Below are positions 28,659-37,428 of a DNA stretch of 64,000 nt, in pieces; position 1 is the first letter of the stretch, and the number at the start of each line of letters is the position of its first letter. Under the pieces are notes generated by a model that ran no database searches, was not told where the DNA came from, and saw only the letters and a list, made by a program, of their open reading frames with translations. The stretch is taken from the sequence record OQ718158.1, one strand, 5' to 3'. The position numbers and the translations under genes are program-made. This DNA is from Escherichia phage vB_Ec-M-J.

Positions 28659-29183
28659 ATGTCGAAGAAGGATGCTTCGAAGAAAAAACAATCAGTACAT
28701 TTCAGTACTGGAAAAGATAACTGGACTACTCCAAAGGATTTCTTTGAAGATTTGGATGAACTCTGGGAATTTACACTAGATGCAGCGTGTGTCAAAGAAA
28801 CTGCATTGTGTGATAAGTTCTTTACACCAGAAGACAATTCACTTGAACAGGACTGGGGAAACAATATCGTGTGGCTCAACCCACCGTACAGTGATTTGAA
28901 AACGTGGTTATCTAAGGCAGTTGATGCATATAATAACGGGGCAACTGTAGTTATTCTTGTACCCTCAAGAACCGATACAATTGCTTTTCAGGATTATGCT
29001 GCTAAAATATGTGATTGTATTTGTTTTATAAAAGGTCGCTTAAAGTTCGGCATTCCTGAAGAACCAGATAAAAAGACGGACAGTGCACCATTCCCTAGTT
29101 GTTTAATAGTACTTGATAAGTATTTGACTCCAGCTAAAATCAACTATCTTAAATCTCTTGGTCAGGTGATGAAGAACATATGA
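28659..29183 (+). CDS. dam: phage-type DNA N6-adenine methyltransferase (Dam family)
   Basis: NPPY catalytic motif (WLNPPYSD), 174 aa, layout typical of the small phage Dam family. Confidence 0.8.
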   Translation: MSKKDASKKKQSVHFSTGKDNWTTPKDFFEDLDELWEFTLDAACVKETALCDKFFTPEDNSLEQDWGNNIVWLNPPYSDLKTWLSKAVDAYNNGATVVILVPSRTDTIAFQDYAAKICDCICFIKGRLKFGIPEEPDKKTDSAPFPSCLIVLDKYLTPAKINYLKSLGQVMKNI

Positions 29184-29713
29184 AAGAAACATGTATATTA
29201 TCATTTATGCGATGTAACCCAATACATCACGGACATGGTTTAGTGTTTGAAAAAGCTCAAGCACTACAAGAACAGTACAATGCGGATTTGAAAATATTCC
29301 TTAGTACCAGTACTGATGCCGTCAAAAACCCATTACCTCCTGAACTGAAAATGTACTATACAGAAGGATTTTACCCATCTGTACAAGAAAATATCTATAC
29401 AGAAGATAATCTGTTTGATATAATGAGAGAACTGGATGGAAAGTACTTAGATGTTCTTTTCATATGTGGTTCAGATAGACTTGAACCATTCCAAAAAACA
29501 CTTGACACGTACAATGGGAAGTTATATAATTTTTGTTCAATCAAGGCAGTTCAAGCTGGAATTGACCGAAATGTAAGTCGCTACAGTTCCACACAGATGC
29601 GTGAGTTTGCCAAGAATGAAGATTTTAATAGCTTCAGTACTTTTCTACCTGGTAATGATGATGCACTGAAAATTAAACTATTTGAAGATGTAATAAAATA
29701 CATGAGGAAATAA
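29180..29713 (+). CDS. HxGH nucleotidyltransferase, NMN/NaMN adenylyltransferase-like
   Basis: N-terminal NPIHHGHG (H-x-G-H) and C-terminal SSTQMR (ISSTxxR-like) motifs. Confidence 0.6.
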   Translation: MKETCILSFMRCNPIHHGHGLVFEKAQALQEQYNADLKIFLSTSTDAVKNPLPPELKMYYTEGFYPSVQENIYTEDNLFDIMRELDGKYLDVLFICGSDRLEPFQKTLDTYNGKLYNFCSIKAVQAGIDRNVSRYSSTQMREFAKNEDFNSFSTFLPGNDDALKIKLFEDVIKYMRK

Positions 29714-29715
29714 CT

Positions 29716-30009
29716 ATGTCAGTACTGTTTAAAACTAACCCAGTACTTTGGGATCAGAATGAGGATTCGGGTTTCCGTTCAATCCATGTTGAATTCAAAG
29801 GTAATACGGTGGTTGCAATCATTGCAAACAAAACTTTAGGAAACTGGACTGCACAAGTTGTTCCTATGGGATATTCTTATACATCTGATGAAGTTGCGTT
29901 TCTGGCTGAATTATATAGTCAAACACCATTCATCATCAATGTTCTAGAGCGTAGTGATAAGTTAACACATGACGAAGTAATTGACTTCCTGGCGAACTTA
30001 CATGTCTGA
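29716..30009 (+). CDS. hypothetical protein
   Basis: 97-aa ORF; GAGGAA RBS. Confidence 0.5.
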   Translation: MSVLFKTNPVLWDQNEDSGFRSIHVEFKGNTVVAIIANKTLGNWTAQVVPMGYSYTSDEVAFLAELYSQTPFIINVLERSDKLTHDEVIDFLANLHV

Positions 30010-30289
30010 TGATTCGAATCTAACAGGTTATTTTTTGCAAGAATCAATGATCAAATTCAGTGAACATTTTCCAGTACTAGATGGTGTGGAGATGTGGCAT
30101 GTAAAACCACTCTTCCACACTTTCAGTAAAGAGCACAAAATGTTATTGACTGAGGCTTGTAAATCGAATAAAATATGCCAAATCAAGATTGGTGTAAATG
30201 TCTACAAAGGATTAGTCATCTTTTTTGACAACAACAGCAACTACTTTTATATTGTTAAGGAGCATTACGTTGACAAATACAAATACTAA
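30002..30289 (+). CDS. hypothetical protein
   Basis: ATG 30002 overlapping upstream TGA (ORF track offers 29981). Confidence 0.45.
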   Translation: MSDDSNLTGYFLQESMIKFSEHFPVLDGVEMWHVKPLFHTFSKEHKMLLTEACKSNKICQIKIGVNVYKGLVIFFDNNSNYFYIVKEHYVDKYKY

Positions 30290-30887
30290 TACATACTTTC
30301 GTTATCTTCGCCTAGGGCTTTCCCTACGCCCAATCCGTGGTAAGTGTGATTCACTTGCTGATTTGGATTATGCATATGCATTACATTGTGATGGTGTTCA
30401 ATATGTATTAGGTGACTATGGCACATTCGAAGAATCCAATGACAGTTCAGAAATTATTGCTGGTGTTGCTAACCTTAACAACATTGCCAATAGTTCTCGT
30501 CATGAAATCGTTCTTGAAATTCAGAACTTCATTGAGAAAAATACTGGCAAGCGTACATGGTCATATGTCGGTACTGATGCACAAATGTCAATCGCATTTG
30601 GTAACGAAGATGGTTATGTAGCACAACTTATTATGGATTTCGAATCAGAAGAGAAGTTCCTAGAATACAAGGAAAAAATCATCCAATCCTTGTTGCAAAT
30701 GGGTATTCCTGAAGATCGTATGCCTGAAATTCAAAGCATTGATGAGTTTGTTCTTATCCCATCTGATGAAAAATATGATGCGATGTTTACAGCACTGAAC
30801 ATTCCTGGTGTAGTTGTTGAGTACTTCGATGATGGTGATGCTGACATTTACCTAGATCTCGACGACGATGATGACGATGATGAATAA
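30270..30887 (+). CDS. hypothetical acidic protein with poly-Asp C-terminus
   Basis: TTG 30270 eight nt after AAGGAG (alternative ATG 30225); ends DLDDDDDDDE. Confidence 0.45.
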   Translation: MTNTNTNTYFRYLRLGLSLRPIRGKCDSLADLDYAYALHCDGVQYVLGDYGTFEESNDSSEIIAGVANLNNIANSSRHEIVLEIQNFIEKNTGKRTWSYVGTDAQMSIAFGNEDGYVAQLIMDFESEEKFLEYKEKIIQSLLQMGIPEDRMPEIQSIDEFVLIPSDEKYDAMFTALNIPGVVVEYFDDGDADIYLDLDDDDDDDE

Positions 30888-30893
30888 TACATA

Positions 30894-30923
30894 TAGCCCG
30901 ACATAAGTTCGGGCTATTTTTTT
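30894..30923 (+). terminator. rho-independent terminator
   Basis: hairpin TAGCCCGA-cataagt-TCGGGCTA followed by TTTTTTT. Confidence 0.7.
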
Positions 30924-30933
30924 AAGGGGAAAT

Positions 30934-31203
30934 ATGAATTACAAACATATACAATTCACTTATATGGAATTATTTAAATTACACCATAATCACAGAAGTA
31001 CTAACACAATTAATAAAAATGCGTTTACTCATAAATTATGGTCAAATTACCTAGAAGAATTACGTGAGTATTTTATTGATACTGAAATTTTCATTAATGG
31101 AAAAAAACGAAAGATACTTAGAGTCGATAGTTTTGGTGGTAGATTAGTACTTTCATATAAATTTGATAACGACTTATTCTCTGTTGATTTGGTGAATATA
31201 TGA
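30934..31203 (+). CDS. hypothetical small protein, family B
   Basis: 89-aa ORF; first of a tandem run of ~90-aa paralogs. Confidence 0.55.
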   Translation: MNYKHIQFTYMELFKLHHNHRSTNTINKNAFTHKLWSNYLEELREYFIDTEIFINGKKRKILRVDSFGGRLVLSYKFDNDLFSVDLVNI

Positions 31204-31460
31204 ATTATAAAGATTTCCAATTAACATTCAAGTGCATTCGTGACCTAGCAAATAAAAATAATAGTATATTTTTAGAAGATACATGTATTGAAATGATTAA
31301 TATTGTGCGTGAGAGGATTAAAGAAAAATTCAGTACTGTAATTATCAACAACGATCATGCAGAATTTTCAGATATAATCATTAAGCTCGATGGTAAAGTA
31401 GAGGTACAGTTCTACACTGATTTTGGATTTACGAGTGTTCCTCTGGAGATATTCCCTTGA
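31200..31460 (+). CDS. hypothetical small protein, family B
   Basis: 86-aa tandem paralog (MNYKDFQLTF). Confidence 0.55.
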   Translation: MNYKDFQLTFKCIRDLANKNNSIFLEDTCIEMINIVRERIKEKFSTVIINNDHAEFSDIIIKLDGKVEVQFYTDFGFTSVPLEIFP

Positions 31461-31768
31461 AATTAAATTTGAATGATGTTCAATTCACGTATAAAAATAT
31501 ATATGGTTTGTATGACATGTATCTTTTTAGTGGGAAGATTGGTGAACATGTCGAATCAAAAGAATCACCATTTATTAATAATTACTATGATTACTTAGAT
31601 TCTATTGCTGAATATATAAAAAAGAATTACAGTACTTACACTGATGGAGATGACATATTTGAATATTCAGGTGTAAAATCTTATCAAGGTATTATCCATG
31701 TAGAATTTCTTGAAAAAACTGATAGGGAATTTATGGAGATTAAAGTTATGAAGTTAACGGACCTATAA
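31457..31768 (+). CDS. hypothetical small protein, family B
   Basis: TTG start overlapping upstream TGA; tandem paralog (LNDVQFTYKNIY). Confidence 0.45.
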   Translation: MKLNLNDVQFTYKNIYGLYDMYLFSGKIGEHVESKESPFINNYYDYLDSIAEYIKKNYSTYTDGDDIFEYSGVKSYQGIIHVEFLEKTDREFMEIKVMKLTDL

Positions 31769-31778
31769 GAGTTGACAT

Positions 31779-32090
31779 ATGAATATTAATGATATACAAT
31801 TCACATACAAATTTTTGTATATCCAATACGCTACGGTTGATGCTGGAGAATATCTCTACGGTGAAATCTATCGTTCGGTATGGATAAAGTTTTTGGATGA
31901 ATTACATGAATATTACCATGATTTGTGTATAGTTCGTGATAATAAAATATACAAATTCCGCGATATTGTTAGTCATAGCGGTAAGCTACGATTGGAATTA
32001 AGTACCGATAGTGATGTTGATTGGATTGGTGTAAATTTACTGGAGTTGGAGAATGAAAAACAACTTAAAGGAAATACAAGTATTTTATAA
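31779..32090 (+). CDS. hypothetical small protein, family B
   Basis: tandem paralog (MNINDIQFTYKFLY). Confidence 0.55.
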   Translation: MNINDIQFTYKFLYIQYATVDAGEYLYGEIYRSVWIKFLDELHEYYHDLCIVRDNKIYKFRDIVSHSGKLRLELSTDSDVDWIGVNLLELENEKQLKGNTSIL

Positions 32091-32337
32091 ATTCTTATAC
32101 TTGTCATATGTAAAAGATGAGTACTATGAAAGTGTGTATTATTTTTTATGGCAACATTACCGTACTATAGTAAGAGATTTATATATAGGAAAATCTATCA
32201 TATCCAATGGTGAAAAATGTATATGTACTGATGTTGTTAGTTTTAATGGTTCTTTAACACTGTGTTTCAGATGCGATAATAATAGTGGGTCATTTTCATT
32301 AAACGTATATCAGTTAGAAGGAATAAATTTTGAATAA
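32053..32337 (+). CDS. hypothetical small protein, family B
   Basis: tandem paralog (LKEIQVFYKFLY). Confidence 0.5.
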   Translation: MKNNLKEIQVFYKFLYLSYVKDEYYESVYYFLWQHYRTIVRDLYIGKSIISNGEKCICTDVVSFNGSLTLCFRCDNNSGSFSLNVYQLEGINFE

Positions 32338-32530
32338 ATGTCCATATTGCAACAGTACTCAATTAGCTCGTTTCCGTTTAGATTCAGACTGGGCCACTGG
32401 TGCTGGTGATTTCTTTCCCATCAATGATGATTCGGAATACACTGAAGAACAGCACAAAGATTTTGATAAATCATGGCGACCTGACATTGAGTGCATTTAT
32501 TGCCTTAATTGTGAGCGTATCCATGACTAA
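32330..32530 (+). CDS. small zinc-ribbon protein
   Basis: CPYC ... CIYCLNC cysteine pairs; TTG start after AAGGA. Confidence 0.45.
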   Translation: MNKCPYCNSTQLARFRLDSDWATGAGDFFPINDDSEYTEEQHKDFDKSWRPDIECIYCLNCERIHD

Positions 32531-32786
32531 AGCTGAACTGATCGTGCAAACACTGCGTTTATTGAGGGATTTAGATATCCCACGCATGGATGTGAAACTT
32601 GAAGATATCTACATTGAATCTCTTAGTGAAGATTACACCGATACCGTAATGATGCTGAATGACGTGCTTTATCGTATAGATAGCATCAGTCGTCTTGGAA
32701 GTACTTTAAAAGTGAATATGGAAAGAGTTGATAAACTTTACGTACATATATATAGTCTACCCATTTCAATATTAAACTATAGATGA
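32523..32786 (+). CDS. hypothetical protein
   Basis: ATG 32523 overlapping upstream stop. Confidence 0.45.
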   Translation: MTKAELIVQTLRLLRDLDIPRMDVKLEDIYIESLSEDYTDTVMMLNDVLYRIDSISRLGSTLKVNMERVDKLYVHIYSLPISILNYR

Positions 32787-33073
32787 ATATTATATTGATA
32801 CAAAAAACATATGCGTTATTGATGAAAGAATATACTAATACTTATGATGAAAAGTGCAGTGCAAATCATAATATGTATAAATTCATCACTCAAGAGTACA
32901 GGGATTATATATATGCTGCGTTAGTTGGTAGATATTTCAGTACTAAAAAACGTAAAGAACTCAAAGTTGTAGATATTACTTTTTTCTACAACGGGCATAT
33001 AACAATTCATGGTGTGGAACATAATTCACAAATATATCGTAACTACTCATCCAATGAGGTAACATTTTTATGA
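32783..33073 (+). CDS. hypothetical small protein, family B
   Basis: 96-aa ORF (MNIILIQKTYALL). Confidence 0.5.
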   Translation: MNIILIQKTYALLMKEYTNTYDEKCSANHNMYKFITQEYRDYIYAALVGRYFSTKKRKELKVVDITFFYNGHITIHGVEHNSQIYRNYSSNEVTFL

Positions 33074-33243
33074 GAGCATTATTTTTTATCTGGAGTCTTT
33101 TTTCACTAGCAGTACTGACAGTAAGTGGGATTTGTTTCCTTTCGACAATGAATGTCTGGTACATTAATTTACTATTCCCATTCGTAGGTGTAGGTTTAGG
33201 ATTTACTTTACATAGTGTTTGTAAGGATTTTAATGGCAAATAA
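33070..33243 (+). CDS. hypothetical small membrane protein (57 aa)
   Basis: ORF not in the ORF track; two hydrophobic segments; ATGA overlap at both ends. Confidence 0.35.
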   Translation: MRALFFIWSLFSLAVLTVSGICFLSTMNVWYINLLFPFVGVGLGFTLHSVCKDFNGK

Positions 33244-33517
33244 ATCGAATGAAGTACTTGTTGCTGAAACAATGAAGATGGTTTATGCCATAACAACTAG
33301 TAATGATTTGTCTTACCCAATTAAGTCCAAGTTGAGGGATATAACTCTTCAGGTTATACAGCAGTACTACAAATCTAAACACAAAAGTATTATTAATGTT
33401 TATCGTGACTATGAAAGGATTCGCATTTTGTTCTGGAACAAGAATCGAGTTCGTTCGGAATGTGATATAGAAAACTTTAAATTTGAGAATCTTTATTGTT
33501 ACAAAGCGGGACAATAG
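33233..33517 (+). CDS. hypothetical small protein, family B-like
   Basis: ATG 33233 after AAGGA. Confidence 0.5.
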   Translation: MANKSNEVLVAETMKMVYAITTSNDLSYPIKSKLRDITLQVIQQYYKSKHKSIINVYRDYERIRILFWNKNRVRSECDIENFKFENLYCYKAGQ

Positions 33518-33535
33518 CTCAAGTAGTGATATAAT
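33508..33535 (+). promoter_or_regulatory. sigma70-like promoter (GGGACA-N16-TGATATAAT)
   Basis: -10 TATAAT 33530-33535 preceded by TGA; -35 GGGACA 33508-33513. Confidence 0.5.
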
Positions 33536-33575
33536 ATTGGGTATGGAACAATAACTAACACAAGGAGTGTGTAAA

Positions 33576-34499
33576 GTGCCAAGTAAAAAGCCAGATTCTG
33601 AAGTATTCAGACTGGTTGATGAAAAATTGAGTTCAATTGGTTCATCGGTAAAAATGGATAGAACAACATACACAACCATATCAAACAAATCAACTTTTTT
33701 CTGTGATGAATGTGGGTTTAGTAAAAATATCATAGTTAGGAATGTGTACAAAAATGGAATATTTTGTCATTGTCCCACATTTAAAACTTTATATAATAAA
33801 TTGGGTGAAATTAATTCAAAATTAAAATTAGATATTTCCACATTCACAACTACAAAAAACAAATCTAGATTTTATTGTGACGATTGTGCGTTTGAAAGAT
33901 ATATGACGGTGCATGATGTTAAGTCTAGAGGTGCATATTGTAAATGTCATTCATTATATTGTATGCCGTTAGATATCGACGAAGCATATAACACTATTAT
34001 GAATAAAATAAAAGATTACTCAAATACAATACATATGGATAAATCTACATACCGTGGTACACAATATAAGGTTAGATTTTATTGTACAGAGTGTAATTTT
34101 GACAAATATATTAATTATAGTAGAGTTAAATGTGGAACTCTTAACTGCAATTGTATCAGACCAATCCCAGAAGAAAGTAAATTATATATTTTAGGAATAT
34201 ATGAACAAAATATTTTAATAAAATATAAAGTTGGTATTTCTACAAAGATTGATAAATCAAGACTAATTAGTATTAGGTCAAAAACTAATTTTATAGTAGA
34301 GGAATTATATTATTTTACTGGAAATACCGAAGTTATTAAAAGTGTAGAATATAATATTTTAAATCTGCTTAAAAATAGTAGTAAATTGTCAAAGGATTAT
34401 TTTGGCGATGGGTATACTGAAACATTTGATTTACAAGATATAAATCTTGTTATTGATTATGTATGTAAATGTTTACTCGAAAATAAATTAAAAATATGA
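33576..34499 (+). CDS. T5orf172/GIY-YIG-like domain protein with three N-terminal zinc-ribbon repeats
   Basis: three ~45-aa repeats each with CxxC ... CxC; C-terminal LYILGIYEQNILIKYKVGIS ... FGDGYTETF; GTG 33576 eight nt after AAGGAG. Confidence 0.55.
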   Translation: MPSKKPDSEVFRLVDEKLSSIGSSVKMDRTTYTTISNKSTFFCDECGFSKNIIVRNVYKNGIFCHCPTFKTLYNKLGEINSKLKLDISTFTTTKNKSRFYCDDCAFERYMTVHDVKSRGAYCKCHSLYCMPLDIDEAYNTIMNKIKDYSNTIHMDKSTYRGTQYKVRFYCTECNFDKYINYSRVKCGTLNCNCIRPIPEESKLYILGIYEQNILIKYKVGISTKIDKSRLISIRSKTNFIVEELYYFTGNTEVIKSVEYNILNLLKNSSKLSKDYFGDGYTETFDLQDINLVIDYVCKCLLENKLKI

Positions 34500-34524
34500 A
34501 AATCATAAACACAAGGAATGTGAA

Positions 34525-35253
34525 ATGATAGATAATATAAAATTTGCAACAGAAATGGCGAATCAACTCAATATAGCAAATTTTCAAATGTTAACATCTG
34601 TTATGGCTGAACATGCTGCTGCATATTCATCTAGTGGTATACAATGTGGACAAGCTAACATGTTAGCTGATGTTTATAGTGAAGTTCAAAGCAAACAATA
34701 TAGCGTGAAGACATACAAGGATAAGTTCGTAAGTCTTTATATGAATGAAGATATTTCAGAAGACCGCAAATTCACCGATTTTATTATTGAACGCCGTATT
34801 AGTGGGGTTTCAGACCCAAATGCAGAAAGTGATATTGTATTCGATGAGGTATTAAAAGATATATACGAAAATGAATTGAAAAGTAAGAATCATTACAATG
34901 TACGTGAAACTAACACAGTGCTAGTTGGATATGATGAAGACGAACAATATTTCTATTTTCGTATAACAGAAGTTCCATTTGAATATAAAAAACCAACCAC
35001 TACATCTGTAAAAGAATTCACTGAGAAGAGTAAAAACTTCAAGAAACACGAAGGAAACCGTTGTAGTATTAATGGTTATGATGAAAATGGTGTTCATGTT
35101 TATGAATGGGTTTCACCTAATTGCCAGACATACACCCGTTGCTTGAAGAAACGTTATAATTTAGAAGACAATGAATCCTTCTACTTTAAAGTTAAGAAAC
35201 AAGGTTATACTCGCCCTGAAGATTCAGAATTGATGGGTATGGTATATTTCTAA
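34525..35253 (+). CDS. hypothetical protein
   Basis: 242-aa ORF; AAGGAA RBS. Confidence 0.6.
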   Translation: MIDNIKFATEMANQLNIANFQMLTSVMAEHAAAYSSSGIQCGQANMLADVYSEVQSKQYSVKTYKDKFVSLYMNEDISEDRKFTDFIIERRISGVSDPNAESDIVFDEVLKDIYENELKSKNHYNVRETNTVLVGYDEDEQYFYFRITEVPFEYKKPTTTSVKEFTEKSKNFKKHEGNRCSINGYDENGVHVYEWVSPNCQTYTRCLKKRYNLEDNESFYFKVKKQGYTRPEDSELMGMVYF

Positions 35254-35262
35254 GGAACTGTT

Positions 35263-35544
35263 ATGGATTTTTACCTACACACATGGTCATACGAACAATA
35301 CATTACATTATATCTTGAGATTATTAATACTGATCCCAGATATGGTTGTGATTTCGCTGATATTATAAAAGAGTATGCAGATGAGTTTGAGTTTGTATAT
35401 CTTGGTTCTGAACTATTTGTAAAGAGTGTAGGTAAAACCGGACGCATCACTGAAATTGATTATGATACTGTTAGTGTGAATTTCTATGTTGATTTTCCTT
35501 GTGATGGCGTTGATGGTGTATATTGTCTATATGAAATAATTTAA
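35263..35544 (+). CDS. hypothetical protein
   Basis: 93-aa ORF; AAGGAA RBS. Confidence 0.5.
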   Translation: MDFYLHTWSYEQYITLYLEIINTDPRYGCDFADIIKEYADEFEFVYLGSELFVKSVGKTGRITEIDYDTVSVNFYVDFPCDGVDGVYCLYEII

Positions 35545-35551
35545 ATTTTAA

Positions 35552-35576
35552 GGCCAGCGTTTGCTGGTCTTTTTTC
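35552..35576 (+). terminator. rho-independent terminator
   Basis: hairpin CCAGC-gtttg-GCTGG followed by TCTTTTTT. Confidence 0.55.
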
Positions 35577-35588
35577 GCAGGTACAAAG

Positions 35589-35891
35589 ATGCTCAGTATA
35601 GATTTAATTAACAGTACTATAAAGTTGTTGGCTGATGTAGTAAAAGAATCCAATGGAACTTTATACCCATCAATGTATAAAATCTTTGAACGATACATCA
35701 AGGATTGTAATATATCCTTATATGGACTGGCAGTTGATATAGACGACCACTATGAAATTAATACTTCATATAAAACTGGAATGTTAATTGGTATTAATAT
35801 AAAGATGGGATATTTTCCTTATTACTGTATAGGATTACCAGATAGTACTATGGTAGATTATCCAGCCAGTATTATTAAACTAAGAGGATAA
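35589..35891 (+). CDS. hypothetical protein
   Basis: 100-aa ORF. Confidence 0.5.
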   Translation: MLSIDLINSTIKLLADVVKESNGTLYPSMYKIFERYIKDCNISLYGLAVDIDDHYEINTSYKTGMLIGINIKMGYFPYYCIGLPDSTMVDYPASIIKLRG

Positions 35892-35898
35892 AACTAAA

Positions 35899-36477
35899 AT
35901 GAATGTATTAGAATTATGTACTAAGCTGATTACTATGCGTAATGAGTGGTACGATTGGTTTTATAATGGTACTGATATGGATTTTTCAAAATATCCATTT
36001 ATGGAATCAGGATGTGATGCAAGATACCGCTGGTTGAGCAAAAGTGGTTCTGGTTTATTCATTCGAATTGATGATAGTGGTCAAGGAATTATAAAAGATT
36101 TAATTCGAGTTGAAGAACTCGTCCATGACAATTGGTGTGATAATGATCCATACCTTGGAAATATGATTTATGTAAGTAAAAATGATTGCATATTCGTTAT
36201 CCAGCGTCATGGTGATTCTATGTTTTATGTAGCAGACAACAGTACACCTGACGGTGCAGCAGCCAATGGACTTATGCCTAAGATTGATATATTGAAATTT
36301 GGATTACCTGAGCACTTCCAGATTAGTACTTTATACGATATTCCACCACTTGAGTTCTTTGAAGAATTTAAATTGTACTTCAATGATCTTCAAAAATTGA
36401 GTACTGATCGACGCATGGAAATAACTGTTAAGTACATGGACGGAACGAAATTAACCGATACGGGGATAGAATTTTGA
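35899..36477 (+). CDS. hypothetical protein with family-A-like motif
   Basis: GAGGA RBS; motif PEHFQISTLYD. Confidence 0.55.
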   Translation: MNVLELCTKLITMRNEWYDWFYNGTDMDFSKYPFMESGCDARYRWLSKSGSGLFIRIDDSGQGIIKDLIRVEELVHDNWCDNDPYLGNMIYVSKNDCIFVIQRHGDSMFYVADNSTPDGAAANGLMPKIDILKFGLPEHFQISTLYDIPPLEFFEEFKLYFNDLQKLSTDRRMEITVKYMDGTKLTDTGIEF

Positions 36478-37163
36478 TTAAAGATTTAGATAGAATTTTA
36501 TATGTACTGAGAGGTGTAATTACATTACAACCACAGGTTAATCGTATGGAGAGAGCCTTTGAATTAAAATCAAGAGAAACTCCATATTCACATATATCAA
36601 ATGTAGTTGGATCATTCAGTACTGAAGACTCGCCTTATGATATTTGTGTATGTGAAGTACAGCCAAGTTCGGATCTTGGATTTGCTATTTTTGATAAAAA
36701 TCAAAATCTCATTAGTATGTTTCAGTGCAATAATCCTTTTTGGAAAACATGCCTGTATCCAGAGTGGGCTATGCTTGATCCAACAAAGAGTTCCATTAAA
36801 GTATATGACTCTAAAAATGATGAAGTCGTTATTGATTTGGATGAGTCAATGTCAGAGGAAGAACACTTTCAGCTAATGATGATGCGTGCTATGCCTGAGT
36901 ACAATGCAATGATTAACACTGTGCAATACATTAAGGATACCATGCCATCGTTGCGTACACATGAGTTTTGTCATCCGGTATTGTATGAACATTTGGATTT
37001 AGATTTCAGTACTATTAAATTTAAAGATAATGTTATTAATTACATTCAAGAGAATGTTAAATTTGATTTTATTAGTACAATGACAAATAATCCAAATACT
37101 AATTTCAGGCATCAGTACAATGAATCTTTGTCTGGTGGTCGTGATACAACTTGGTGGAAATAA
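36474..37163 (+). CDS. hypothetical protein with family-A-like motif
   Basis: TTG start overlapping upstream TGA; motif EEEHFQLMMMRA. Confidence 0.5.
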   Translation: MIKDLDRILYVLRGVITLQPQVNRMERAFELKSRETPYSHISNVVGSFSTEDSPYDICVCEVQPSSDLGFAIFDKNQNLISMFQCNNPFWKTCLYPEWAMLDPTKSSIKVYDSKNDEVVIDLDESMSEEEHFQLMMMRAMPEYNAMINTVQYIKDTMPSLRTHEFCHPVLYEHLDLDFSTIKFKDNVINYIQENVKFDFISTMTNNPNTNFRHQYNESLSGGRDTTWWK

Positions 37164-37164
37164 T

Positions 37165-37428
37165 ATGAATATCCAAGATAGATTGCAATTGTTGCACACA
37201 CTTGAAGAAGCTGCTTTTGAACTTGTTAATAAAATTGCACAAGAACTCCCAAAAGGAACCAAAGTTCGTGTTCGTGAAATGGATTATTTAACGGGAAAAA
37301 TTGATGAAAAAGTTCTAACAGTGATCAAAGTAACATACTATGAATCAGAGTTATCAATTCAATGTAATTCAGATAATGGTTACGTTTCCTACTATGGTAC
37401 AGATGTAGATATAGAGGTAATAAAATGA
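37165..37428 (+). CDS. hypothetical small protein, family B-like
   Basis: ATG 37165 after GGTGG; G-T-K-V-R-V ... G-K-I pattern. Confidence 0.5.
   Translation: MNIQDRLQLLHTLEEAAFELVNKIAQELPKGTKVRVREMDYLTGKIDEKVLTVIKVTYYESELSIQCNSDNGYVSYYGTDVDIEVIK

Noticed and set aside
33230-33751. Longest minus-strand ORF (173 aa), and by extension the other minus-strand ORFs in the track (for example 39903..40256, 57939..58295, 42459..42788)
   Set aside because: Each lies antisense inside + strand genes that have clear motifs or paralogues, has no RBS, and is the size expected by chance in AT-rich sequence.
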